DNA from: an uncultured Nitrososphaeraceae archaeon
Lineage (GTDB): Archaea > Thermoproteota > Nitrososphaeria > Nitrososphaerales > Nitrososphaeraceae
NCBI GenBank assembly: GCA_963779615.1
Contig: CAVZZA010000003.1
Coordinates: forward strand, 832,001-896,000
Direction: 5' to 3'
Length of the DNA: 64,000 nucleotides
Below the pieces are notes generated by a model, which saw only the letters and a list, made by a program, of their open reading frames with translations, ran no database searches and had not been told where the DNA came from. The position numbers and the translations under genes were made by a program. Below are positions 34,566 through 45,062 of the stretch, one piece after another; the stretch's first letter is position 1, and each line of letters starts with the position of its first letter.

Positions 34566-35318
34566 TCAATTAATTAAATCAATACGTCCAAATCCTTCCC
34601 TGATTGTTGTATTGATATTCATGGTATAGTTATAGATTTTTTCAGAATATTCGTTTAGTGTTACCATCATATCTTTATCGATTTCTTTACAAATATAAAA
34701 GCCAGGGCAGTCACCAGTAAGTTGAAAAGAAGCGTGAACAGAAATTCGGCTATGCTCATATTGAGTCCATGAAAAAAAAGGATACAACCAACACACCCCA
34801 GGTTTATCCGGATGAAGAGTACAAGCGCCATGATCATTTAGAAATCTACAAGATAGAGGCTTTCCATTATCACCCTCATTCTCATCACTTTTTCTTTTTA
34901 AATTGATCATGGTTAATGAAGAGATAAGTTTAGAATTATCTGAGTCATATGCGGAGGCATTATCCCAGGATGCTACGTATGTCTCTTTCTCTATAAATTC
35001 GGATCTATTGCTAAAACCCAAGTTTTTCGAAATTTTTGATATATCATCAACAGTTAAAGGTAAACGACCCTGACGATTACAACAATTATGACAATCAGGC
35101 CACAAACATCTCCATAAAAGAAAAAGAGAAAGATCAATTATATATGGAATGTGAAAAGTAACTTGATTTATCTTAATTGCATAATCTTGCAAATCAGTTC
35201 TTTTTCCCAAATGTAAATCCCTAACAATCGGGTCAATATCCCATTTTTCTGAAAGCATATCAAGCGATGAAGATATAAGATTAATTTCATCAAGAGCAAT
35301 CGTAGGAATAGTCATCAC
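34566..35318 (-). CDS. YkgJ-family cysteine-cluster protein
   Basis: CLWPDCHNCC...CRFL...CTLHPDKPGVCWLYPF pattern. Confidence 0.85.
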   Translation of the reverse strand: MMTIPTIALDEINLISSSLDMLSEKWDIDPIVRDLHLGKRTDLQDYAIKINQVTFHIPYIIDLSLFLLWRCLWPDCHNCCNRQGRLPLTVDDISKISKNLGFSNRSEFIEKETYVASWDNASAYDSDNSKLISSLTMINLKRKSDENEGDNGKPLSCRFLNDHGACTLHPDKPGVCWLYPFFSWTQYEHSRISVHASFQLTGDCPGFYICKEIDKDMMVTLNEYSEKIYNYTMNINTTIREGFGRIDLIN

Positions 35319-35396
35319 ATGTAGAATTATAAAACCCGTTGTTTAAATGTGACTATGATATCAATCAAAAAGGCAGAAAATCAAATAAAAGGAAGA

Positions 35397-35743
35397 TGGG
35401 ATTAGAAAATTATAGACCAAATGAAAGAAAAAAAGGAAAACATGCTTCCTCCACAGAAAACCGTCGATTAGTATGGGAGTATGTCATTTGGCCACTTGTA
35501 CTTTATGTCAATAAAAACTATTTTACATTGAAAGAATATCACATACAAAGGGACACAATCTGCAAAGAGAAAAACATTTTGCCATCAAAGATTGCCGGCG
35601 GATTTGTCTCATTACTAGTCAAAGGAATTTTAATTCGTGAAAAGGATATCTATTCTATTCATTACAAGCTTATACCATATATGAGAAAAAAGGTCAATTT
35701 GGACTATGGTACTGTAATACGAGAGATAAACGCAAAAAAATAG
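35397..35743 (+). CDS. Conserved hypothetical protein (possible winged helix)
   Basis: Intact basic ORF with RRLVWEYVIWPL and YSIHYKLIPYMR. The start codon is uncertain. Confidence 0.65.
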
Positions 35744-36337
35744 ATATATTGTTATCGCATAACCAGATATCATTAATTTTTCAATTGCTGTTAACTTAAA
35801 AAATTTCTTTATCACAATGATCAATGAATGAATCAGTCAGTAATTTGTTACAATGTATTTCTTCTTTCCACTAAAAGGAAAACAGTGAACAAAACTTTCA
35901 GATCCATCTTTGAGATACTGAATAGCAGCAGTCCTTAGATTTTACGATTCTCAAATGTAGAAAGGATGATACTCACGGATATTCATGAATTTACAAATTT
36001 GTAGGCAACGCATCTTCATCAATGGAGACTACCACTATCCGTTTTTATTGCATCTGCCCCAAACGGAATAAACATTCACAACAAGCATATTTCTTTCAAT
36101 AGATATTCGATATGAAGGTTCTTTATCCTTGGTCTCAAAAGCAACACATCAAAGTCAACTTTAATTTGAGTTACACATATAATAAATTCACAAACATTCC
36201 TTCTTTTTGGAGAATTTTTATTTGATGTGTATCCTTGAACCCCTTATATATGAGAACAAGATCTAATCAACAAACCTATTCAATGCTTTTGCAGAATTAA
36301 TTTTGCATGAAAGCCCAACAGAAGATAAGATAGAATA

Positions 36338-37506
36338 AATCTCTTGCATAATTGACCCTAAACAGATTTATGGTCATCTTTCTATCAATCTCATGTCCCT
36401 TCTTTGCTCTCGTATGACGGCTCATCCAAAAAAAATTGCTTTTCAAGTCATTCACCGGCCTCACAGTAGAAGAGTTTGATAATACCTGCAGCAAGATAGA
36501 AAGAAAATATGAAAAACACGAGGTCCAGCGCTTATCCAAAAGAAAGGATAGAGAAGGGGAGATAGGTGCAGGCAGGCGTTTCAAGCTAGACACAAAGAAC
36601 AGGTTTCTGATGCTTTTGGTCTACTGCCGTCTTTGCATAACCCACACGTTGGCCGGATTTTTGTTTGACTTGGACCACAGCAACATCTGCATGGATATAC
36701 AAAAGATTGAGTCGCTGGGAAGGGGTGTGCACCAACACCTCAAAAGATGTGCAGGTAACCAAAAGGCTGCGTACACCCCAAGAGGCTGAAAGGCATTTCC
36801 CGGGCTTTATAGCCTTCACAGACTGCACAGAACAGCAGATACCAAGGCCTGAAAACAGGAGGAGAAGGAAGACATACTATTCTGGCAAGAGGAAAATGCA
36901 TACCGTAAAGACACAGATTATGGTTAACGACCAGGGCATAATCATTCACAAAGCAAGCCACAAGAAAGGAAGAAGGCATGGCTATGACATTCATGAGTCA
37001 CTGTAACCCCCAAACAATTTGCCAGCGTGTTTGACCTTGGACACCTTGGAGGGGGAGAGGCTTTCCAGAGCAAATATCATCCCCGCCAAACAAAAAGAAA
37101 CGAAACACAGGATTGCCTCAAGAGGAAAAAGACTACAACAAAAGCCATTCTAAAAGAAGGATAGCAATAGGGCATGCTATCTGCAAGATAAAGAATTGCA
37201 GGATTCTTGCAGACATATTTAGAAGCAGACTAATAAAATACAACAGGTATCAGACATCGTGTCAGGCCTAGTAAACTATAGAACAATGGATCATCGTATC
37301 TAGAAACCTACACTACACCACACTAGACGGACAGTTTGTTTCTAATAATGCTTTGTTGCATAACTCAAATTTTCGTGTTTTTTAGGCGTGTTATTTTTAT
37401 TTCCATAAGGGGAATAATCCATATTCGCATTATCATGATAAGTGCTCTATTATAAATTGACGAATTTCACAGTTATGCAACAAAGCATCTAATTATGAAA
37501 TAGATC
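36338..37506 (+). mobile_element. Degenerate IS5-family (ISL2-like) element containing a nested MITE
   Basis: TA-flanked ends AATCTCTTGCATAATT and AATTATGAAATAGATC. Transposase fragments LFKSFTGLTVEEFD, DCTEQQIPRP and YYSGKRKMHTVKTQ. Confidence 0.88.
37349..37487. mobile_element. MITE family 1 copy B (139 bp), inserted in the IS right end
   Basis: 17-bp TIRs TGCTTTGTTGCATAACT/AGTTATGCAACAAAGCA. 8-bp flanks TCTAATAA/TCTAATTA. Confidence 0.88.
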
Positions 37507-37659
37507 TAATACAAAAACAATGTCTTTTGATTTTTTTCTTTGTTGTTAAAATTTCAACAAAATAGAAATGACTATAAATCTGACATTTCTAAGGTTGAAC
37601 CATTTAAACAAAGATAAAATAAAATATTAGAAAGTATTATGTTAAATTGTAGCTCGGGA

Positions 37660-37800
37660 AGCCCGGTCGAACCAACAAAAGCTGAGATGTTGGTGCCGAA
37701 TCTAGCGGTCAAACTCCATGTGGGGCCAAGGATTTCAGGCTCTGGATCTTATAACAAGAAAAGAAACCTGGAGACAGCAGTTCGAATCTGCTCCGGGCTA
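37660..37800 (+). tRNA. tRNA-Gln(CUG) with three introns (37670-37700, 37713-37729, 37746-37765)
   Basis: Removing the three inserts gives the cloverleaf AGCCCGG-TC-GTCT-AGCGGTCAA-GGAT-T-TCAGG-CTCTGGA-CCTGG-AGAC-AGCAG-TTCGAAT-CTGCT-CCGGGCT-A. Confidence 0.88.
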
Positions 37801-37894
37801 CTTATGAAACAACATACCACATATCAATAAAGAAATCATATTTACATTATCAATTCAACAAAAAAGGTCATTTAATAATTCATAATGAGAGAAA

Positions 37895-39454
37895 TTATGT
37901 ATACGGACCTGCTTTAAATATTTCATCAGGTACCGGCTCAAACTTTTTGAAATTACTAATAAATAAATTTGATAACCTTTTCGCTGAAAAATCATATTGC
38001 TTTTTATCATGCCAAGTGTTTCTCGGATTTAAAATTACTGAAGGTACATCTGGACAGGAAGCAGGGTAATCAAGATTGAAAATGTCATGGTGATTATAAG
38101 ACACTTTATCCAAATGCCCATTTATAGCAGATGAAACTATTGAACGCGTATACTTTAGATCTATGCGCCTTCCAATACCATATGGCCCTCCAGACCACCC
38201 AGTATTAATAAGGTAAACCCTTGAATTATGCTTAGTGATTTTATCACCCAATAATTTAGCATATTCTGTAGCCCTAAGAGGCATAAAAGGAGCACCGAAA
38301 CATTGTGAGAAAGTCTCTTTTGGTTCGGTAATACCCCTTTCGGTTCCTGCCAATTTACTAGTATAGCCGGACATAAAATGATACATAGCTCCTTCTTTTG
38401 AGAGCCTTGAGACTGGTGGCAATACACCAAAGGCATCAGCTGTTAAAAAAATAATAACAGAAGGATGACCACAAATACTCGGTATAACTGCACCGGGAAT
38501 AAATTCAAGAGGATAAACAACTCTGGTGTTCTCAGTTGGACTACCGTCAGAAAAATCAGGTTCCCGCGTCGATGGATTGATCACCACATTTTCCATCACA
38601 GAGCCAAATCTAATTGCATTCCAAATTTGTGGCTCTTTATCCTTATCAAGATTAATGCATTTAGCATAGCACCCGCCTTCAAAATTAAAAACACCGGTAT
38701 CTGACCATCCATGCTCATCATCGCCAATCAATTTACGATTCTCATCTGCAGAAAGAGTCGTCTTCCCGGTTCCGGAAAGACCAAAAAATAATGCAGACTT
38801 ACCATCATTACCCAAATTGGCAGAACAATGCATAGGAAATATCCCTTTGGGAGGCAAAATAAAATTCATGATTGAAAACATAGACTTTTTTATTTCACCG
38901 GCATAAGATGTTGAACCCATAAGAACCAATTTCTTTTTAAAACTCATAATAATGAAAGTCTCAGATTTTGTTCCATCTGATTCTGGCAACGCAGCAAAAT
39001 TATTAATCGATAAAAGAGTAAACTCTGGAATAAAATTCACTCGTTCATCTTTAGAGGGTTTTATAAAAATCTGACTAGCAAATAAACTGTGCCAAGCTGT
39101 ATCTGTTATGATTCTAATAGATAAACGATTCAATGGATCTGCTCCTACAAATCCATCAAAAACATAAAGTTTATCAGTAATATTATTGTCATTAATAAAT
39201 TTTAGCATTTTATTCAATATCTTTTCAAAGTTTTCTTCTGATATCGGATGGTTAACCTTTCCCCAATCGACAGAATCTAAAGTAATATCATCTTTTACAA
39301 TAAATTTATCATCAGGAGATCGGCCGGTAAATTTTCCAGTCTTTACAGACAGAGAACCAGTAACAGACAATTCGCCTTCGCGATTTAGAATAGCTGATTC
39401 AACTAATAGAGGAACTGATAAATTCTTACACCCCTCATTAATTGCCAATTCCAT
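37895..39454 (-). CDS. pckA: Phosphoenolpyruvate carboxykinase (ATP)
   Basis: TGRSPDDK, YAGEIKK, MHCSAN, FFGLSGTGKTTLS and LIGDDEHGW motifs. Confidence 0.97.
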   Translation of the reverse strand: MELAINEGCKNLSVPLLVESAILNREGELSVTGSLSVKTGKFTGRSPDDKFIVKDDITLDSVDWGKVNHPISEENFEKILNKMLKFINDNNITDKLYVFDGFVGADPLNRLSIRIITDTAWHSLFASQIFIKPSKDERVNFIPEFTLLSINNFAALPESDGTKSETFIIMSFKKKLVLMGSTSYAGEIKKSMFSIMNFILPPKGIFPMHCSANLGNDGKSALFFGLSGTGKTTLSADENRKLIGDDEHGWSDTGVFNFEGGCYAKCINLDKDKEPQIWNAIRFGSVMENVVINPSTREPDFSDGSPTENTRVVYPLEFIPGAVIPSICGHPSVIIFLTADAFGVLPPVSRLSKEGAMYHFMSGYTSKLAGTERGITEPKETFSQCFGAPFMPLRATEYAKLLGDKITKHNSRVYLINTGWSGGPYGIGRRIDLKYTRSIVSSAINGHLDKVSYNHHDIFNLDYPASCPDVPSVILNPRNTWHDKKQYDFSAKRLSNLFISNFKKFEPVPDEIFKAGPYT

Positions 39455-39664
39455 CTTCTAGATTTGCTTCACAATACCAATAGTTATAATCTTTGGGGTA
39501 GATTGTTATTAAAGATATAGACTGTAAATCAAAAAAAAATTTTTTGTTTGAAAAGTTTTTTATAATTATTACAACACATTTTAAAAAAAAATTAAAAAAA
39601 TAACATCAAAATCCAAAGTATATAGATATCTTAAAAGAGGAATGTATCCAACAATAAATAAAGT

Positions 39665-40453
39665 TTATTTTACCAGGAAATCCGACAAATCAATATTAAA
39701 AAAATATTTTAAAATTTCAACATAGCTTTTAACAGGTGGAGGAATGTCATCTTCGCAAGTCAATTTAAGATCCTTAGCGTTAAACCATATTATTACACTT
39801 TGCAAAATATTAAGGAAACGAACATGACGACTTTCAACAATTCCAAAAGATTGAATATATTTTTCTGCTAAACGCCATGATGCCGTGAAATCGATGCAAT
39901 TGCTTCCATATATACTTTTTAATTGATCTTTGATGTCCACTCCTATCGTAAAAGGCTTTTTACACAAAATAAGCGGAAAATCGACCTTATCAGGAATAAA
40001 CAAATCCGGTGGAGACCATATAGATATTATTTTAGTCCCATCTTGGACCTCATATTTGAATTTATATGATAACTTTTCGTTAATTTTTTCATCAGTAAAC
40101 CAGGAAAAAATAACGGTGGCTTCAGACAGAGATGATTTTGTCACATCATCTTGCATGATATCTACATTTTCATCAGACAAATCGATTTTTGATTTAATAA
40201 AATTGACTACATCCGGATTGCTTTCTATACCAATAGCTTTTCTAACACCATATTCTCTTTTTGCAATCAAAAGAGACGAATAATTATTACCTATACCCAA
40301 ATGGTAAAAAACATCATCTTGGTTTAAACCTGAAAAAGAAAATATTTTTCTAAAAAAATTTTCAGGAATAACAATATCATCACCAGATATTACCGATGGT
40401 GGAAGAGTGGAAATAAAATCATCAACATCCAATAATTTTATTTTTTCAGACAC
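39665..40453 (-). CDS. SAM-dependent methyltransferase-like protein
   Basis: DVFYHLGIG motif-I-like sequence, AIGIE and LSEATVIFSW. Confidence 0.65.
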   Translation of the reverse strand: MSEKIKLLDVDDFISTLPPSVISGDDIVIPENFFRKIFSFSGLNQDDVFYHLGIGNNYSSLLIAKREYGVRKAIGIESNPDVVNFIKSKIDLSDENVDIMQDDVTKSSLSEATVIFSWFTDEKINEKLSYKFKYEVQDGTKIISIWSPPDLFIPDKVDFPLILCKKPFTIGVDIKDQLKSIYGSNCIDFTASWRLAEKYIQSFGIVESRHVRFLNILQSVIIWFNAKDLKLTCEDDIPPPVKSYVEILKYFFNIDLSDFLVK

Positions 40454-40534
40454 CTATAAAAATTATTTTCAGTTTGGAATTTTTAATAGGGGATATACAA
40501 CAAGATAAAAAAGTGATTAAAAATATGGATGAAT

Positions 40535-40846
40535 TTAAACTTCCACATACACATTGTTATCTTCAACTACGATTTGATATGTTTCTTGATTTTTTAACTT
40601 CTGAGGAAACCAAATAAGATTTCCGTTTTCAACATTCCATTTAGCAGAATGCCAAGGACAGACCAATTCTTTATCATTAAGAACAATACCTTCATGCAAC
40701 TCGGCGCCCGCATGATTACAAATATTATTTATACCGTAATAGTTCCCATTTACATTTACTACCAAGATTTCTTTCCCCCCAGCAGTAATATTTTTCAAAG
40801 ATCCTAGAGGTAGATTTTCGACTGTATCCACTAAAAACTTTGTCAT
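40535..40846 (-). CDS. Rieske-type [2Fe-2S] ferredoxin
   Basis: CNHAG...CPWH Rieske boxes. Confidence 0.92.
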   Translation of the reverse strand: MTKFLVDTVENLPLGSLKNITAGGKEILVVNVNGNYYGINNICNHAGAELHEGIVLNDKELVCPWHSAKWNVENGNLIWFPQKLKNQETYQIVVEDNNVYVEV

Positions 40847-40904
40847 AAAATTTATGCAAAATAAAAGTATTTTAAAGTATTTAAAGAAATAAAGTTTATG
40901 ACAT

Positions 40905-41843
40905 TTAATCGGCTAATTCCTGATTAAGAAGTTTTATCAATAAAGCTTTTTGTACATGCAACCTATTTTCTGCCTGGGTCCAAACAACTGAATGATTTCC
41001 ATCAATTATTTCAGATGTTACCTCTTTACCTCGCTTAGCTGGAAGGCAGTGCATAAAAATATAATCCTGTTTTGCGTGTTTAACAACCTCATCATTAATT
41101 TGATATTTCGGTAAAAATATAGCATCCCTTTTTTCTTTTTCATGTTCTTTTCCAATGGATATAAAAGTGTCTGTGGTAACAACATCTGCTTCTCTAACAG
41201 CCTCAAAAGGATCATTAGTTATCAGTACAGAGCTATCATTTTTTTTGCTTTCAATTCTTGCTGTATTAATTATCCAATCCAATGGTTCATAATCGGGAGG
41301 AGTTGATATGTTAATATTAATACCCAATTTTGAACATCCTAGTAACAAATCATTGCATATATTATTACCGTCTCCTATGAATGCCAATGTAATACCACTA
41401 AGTTTCTTTTTATATTCAAAAATTGTCAACAAATCAGCCAATATTTGACAAGGATGGAACAAGTCAGATAAACCGTTTATCACAGGAATGGTGGAATATT
41501 GAGACAATTTCTCGAGATCATTGTGTGAGTGCACCCTTGCCACAAGGCAATCTAGGTATAGAGAAAGTGTTCTTGCAGTATCTTCTATAGATTCACCTCG
41601 AGATAACTGCAAATCATTAAACGAAAGATTAATTGCATTTCCTCCTAATTGCAATATTGCAGTTTCAAAGCTAATTCTTGTCCTTGTTGAGGGTTTTTGA
41701 AAAATCATACCTAAAATTCTGCCCCTTAATTGTTTCTTTGAATCTTGGAAATTTACCTGGTTTTTTAGAATCCCAGCAAGATCAAGTATATCCAAAATTT
41801 GTTCAGAGGATAAATCACAAATGCTTAAAACATTTTTTTTCAA
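40905..41843 (-). CDS. argF: Ornithine carbamoyltransferase
   Basis: STRTR, HPCQILAD and FMHCLP motifs. Confidence 0.96.
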   Translation of the reverse strand: MKKNVLSICDLSSEQILDILDLAGILKNQVNFQDSKKQLRGRILGMIFQKPSTRTRISFETAILQLGGNAINLSFNDLQLSRGESIEDTARTLSLYLDCLVARVHSHNDLEKLSQYSTIPVINGLSDLFHPCQILADLLTIFEYKKKLSGITLAFIGDGNNICNDLLLGCSKLGININISTPPDYEPLDWIINTARIESKKNDSSVLITNDPFEAVREADVVTTDTFISIGKEHEKEKRDAIFLPKYQINDEVVKHAKQDYIFMHCLPAKRGKEVTSEIIDGNHSVVWTQAENRLHVQKALLIKLLNQELAD

Positions 41844-41904
41844 TATGAAAAATGGAAAAAATCTTTAATTTAATGTTTTCAAAAACGAGAAAAGAGAAAA
41901 ACCG

Positions 41905-43251
41905 TTATTTTTTTTTCTTAAACCATCCAAACAATCCTTTTTTCTCCCTGAGATCAGAATCGTTATCAATATTTGTTTTAATTTTTTCTTCTACTTCTAA
42001 TTTTTTGTCGTCAGTGGTAGTATTATCGCTTTCCTGGGTAGCAGGCTCTACCGCTTTCATGTTTGCATCATGAATGGAGCCACCAAATTCTTCGATATCA
42101 CTTTCCGATTTCAATTCCGGGATGATATTGGTTGATTCAATAATACTTTTTTGCTCATTTTTTTTATCTTTATCAGCAGTTACCGAATCCATACTATTTT
42201 TATCATCATTAAAACCATTAACTCCTGTAAGTCTTGAAACAGATTTTATTGTTTTTATTTCTGCATTATCAAAAGAATTAGAATTTTTTTCTATCTCAGG
42301 ATCATTATGTAAAGGAATATCGCCAGAGATTGATAATGAATCGTTATTGAAAATTGCATCTATAAATTTTTCATTATTAAATAAAATTAAATCATCATAT
42401 CCTTGTCCCATACCAAGATATACTATAGGTTTAGATGTAATATAAGAGATAGATATCGCAGCCCCTCCCTTCGCATCAGCATCTGATTTTGTCAGGATTG
42501 CGCCATCAAATTCAGTATACGAAAAAAATTCCCTAGCCTGGTTTATAGTATCGTTACCAGCAAGTGAATCTCCAATAAATAATTTTATATCAGGCTTTAT
42601 AACTTTAACAATTTTTCCTATTTCATACATAAGATTTTTTGCCGTTTGCATTCTTCCAGCTGTATCAATCAAAACGGTATCGACATAGTGTTTTTTAGCA
42701 TATTCTAATGCATCTCTAGACACAGCTGATGGATCAGCACCATACCTTTGAGAAATAATCTTTATAGAGAGATTTTCAGCATGTTTGGTGATTTGCTCTA
42801 TTGCGCCAGCTCTATGAGTATCTGCTGCGGCAATAACTACAGAAAAACCATTTTTTTTTAGTAAATTTGCGACTTTAGCTACAGTAGTTGTTTTTCCAGT
42901 TCCATTAATCCCAAGAAAAACCATTACAAATGGACCATCTTTTTTCTGTTTTTTTTCTTGAATCATACCTAACAAATCAATTGATCCTGCCTTAGACAAT
43001 ATTTCCGAAAAATTATTCTTTAGAGTAGACGCAATAATTTTCTCTGCAGTTTCATTTTTTTGAATCTTCATTCCAACTAAGTTATTTTTTATTTGCATTG
43101 AAAGATCATCAATAACTTCTTGCGAAACATCACTTTCCAAAAGAGCAACTTGTAAATCAAAAAGACTTTCCTCTAAATCCTTTTCAGAAAGCTCCTTTTG
43201 ACTGATACTTTTGGTAGCATTAGAAAAAGCGCGTTTTAATTTATCAAACAT
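41905..43251 (-). CDS. ftsY: SRP receptor FtsY with a C-terminal extension
   Basis: GINGTGKTTT, DTHRAGA, DTAGR and TKSDADAKGG motifs. Confidence 0.95.
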   Translation of the reverse strand: MFDKLKRAFSNATKSISQKELSEKDLEESLFDLQVALLESDVSQEVIDDLSMQIKNNLVGMKIQKNETAEKIIASTLKNNFSEILSKAGSIDLLGMIQEKKQKKDGPFVMVFLGINGTGKTTTVAKVANLLKKNGFSVVIAAADTHRAGAIEQITKHAENLSIKIISQRYGADPSAVSRDALEYAKKHYVDTVLIDTAGRMQTAKNLMYEIGKIVKVIKPDIKLFIGDSLAGNDTINQAREFFSYTEFDGAILTKSDADAKGGAAISISYITSKPIVYLGMGQGYDDLILFNNEKFIDAIFNNDSLSISGDIPLHNDPEIEKNSNSFDNAEIKTIKSVSRLTGVNGFNDDKNSMDSVTADKDKKNEQKSIIESTNIIPELKSESDIEEFGGSIHDANMKAVEPATQESDNTTTDDKKLEVEEKIKTNIDNDSDLREKKGLFGWFKKKK

Positions 43252-43323
43252 ACAAAATCACCAACTATCAAAATATAAATATCATATTTAGTGGAAAAAC
43301 ATCAATAGAATGTATAAATCAGG

Positions 43324-43812
43324 TCAATGATAAAGGTGACCAGAATTCTCGGAAGGATTATAATCTTGGCCTTGTGTTTGACCTACATACGAATTAACAG
43401 TATTCTGGATTTCCATCATACGATAGGAAATTTGTTGTTTTTGAGATGATAACTGCTTTGCTGCAGTTTCAAACTCTTTAGATCGTTGTTCGATAAAATT
43501 AATAGCATCATCTTTTTTCTTCTCAACCACTGCACCAGCACCAACATTTACAAGAACTTTATCTATCGGGTAAACTTTACTTTTTACATATACTCCTATA
43601 CCAAGTGGAACTAATGTAGAAGTATCTGAATCTACAGATAAATTTTTTATCGCTTCAAAGGAATTATGAGACTCTTCTAACAGTTTATGCAACAATGACT
43701 CTTTGGATACGATATCATTATAATAGGATTCGAGTAATTTGGATTCTTGTATCATCTCATTGATAGAATGCTCTGTCATACTACGATTATTTTCTGCACC
43801 AGCTGTTGCCAT
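43324..43812 (-). CDS. pfdA: Prefoldin alpha subunit
   Basis: LVPLGIGVYV...VLVNVGAGAVVEK hairpin between coiled coils. Confidence 0.92.
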   Translation of the reverse strand: MATAGAENNRSMTEHSINEMIQESKLLESYYNDIVSKESLLHKLLEESHNSFEAIKNLSVDSDTSTLVPLGIGVYVKSKVYPIDKVLVNVGAGAVVEKKKDDAINFIEQRSKEFETAAKQLSSQKQQISYRMMEIQNTVNSYVGQTQGQDYNPSENSGHLYH

Positions 43813-44591
43813 AATACAAATAATTTAATCACCATATTATAACCTTGACCTTAAAAAACAATGGCTGTGTTTCACATAATCATCATTCATTAACACAATA
43901 GTCAACAAATACATATTGAACCAATGTATCACAAGTTTTAATTTGCAAGTCTTTTTCTTTTGTAGAGAAAGTAGTGACATTAAAGCAGCTCAGTATTTGG
44001 TATTATTCTATTATAGATTGTATTATTGCTCTTTCAATAATACCTATCTCATATTATGAATTCAGGTCACTCTACACATCTATAAAACTACTAAATATTC
44101 TGAATATCATGCAATGTCTTTTTGGTAAGACAATGTTTCCCATATCAATTAATCAAATACATGAGAAATTTTCAATATCAACAAGCATTTTTCTTTTAAA
44201 TGAAAAGTAAATATCGTAAATTTTTTATAAGTAGATTCAATTGCAAGCCTAAATCAAGGTAAATGTATTTTCAACTTTTAACTTTATATAATATTCGATT
44301 CGTTGTAGGTTCAGTATTTTTCGTATTTTTTTCTTCTGCAACATTTACGGCGTCATTTAAAGTTTGAATCACTTTTAAATGGTTGGGATTGGATTGGTTT
44401 TGACAAAACAAGATAATTGTTGCTAAGTCTTCTTAATGGAAGACCAATGAGGTACAACTTTAATGTGTATATAATATATTTGAGAGATATTATTTCAGTA
44501 CTATCACAGATAATAAAATTTTCCAAAAAAAAATTGAATAACTATAACCGTGGAAAAACTAGTATATTATATGAAAGAAATATTTTTATCC

Positions 44592-44756
44592 TTATTCAGT
44601 TTTCTTTTTTGTATCGCTTTTTGATCTAAATAGCGCTTTCAATTTGTCTACATTTGTAGTTAGTGCTTTTATAGTTTCTTCAATTTTTTTTATATCATTC
44701 ATTGCTGATTGTTCTTTTTTATCACTGTTTGATTTTTCAGATTTTTTTGTACTCAT
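44592..44756 (-). CDS. Small basic coiled-coil protein (54 aa), not in the ORF track
   Basis: MSTKKSEKSNSDKKEQSAMNDIKKIEETIKALTTNVDKLKALFRSKSDTKKKTE*. TATA-like TTTAAAG about 20-27 nt upstream. Confidence 0.5.
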   Translation of the reverse strand: MSTKKSEKSNSDKKEQSAMNDIKKIEETIKALTTNVDKLKALFRSKSDTKKKTE

Positions 44757-45062
44757 ATATTTTGCTAATCGTTAATCTTTAAATACAATATGTTTCTTTT
44801 TTTTAGAAAAAAGTATCATTAAACCTTTATTCTATATTAATGAATCTATTTCCCTTTTTAAATTATAAGAATAGTTTTTTTAAAAATCCGATTAATTAAA
44901 TTTGAAGATATGAAACATACTGTTATAATTTATTATAGATGTTATCATAGGATTTAAGCAATTTTACTCTGGTTTCTAAACCTCAATCTTCCAGCGATAC
45001 AATTATTGAAACCACCTAAACCAACAAGAATATATTAATATTGTAAAAAATAAAAATCATTA

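Noticed and set aside
37639-37830. 63-aa ORF
   Set aside because: It overlaps the intron-containing tRNA-Gln and is spurious.
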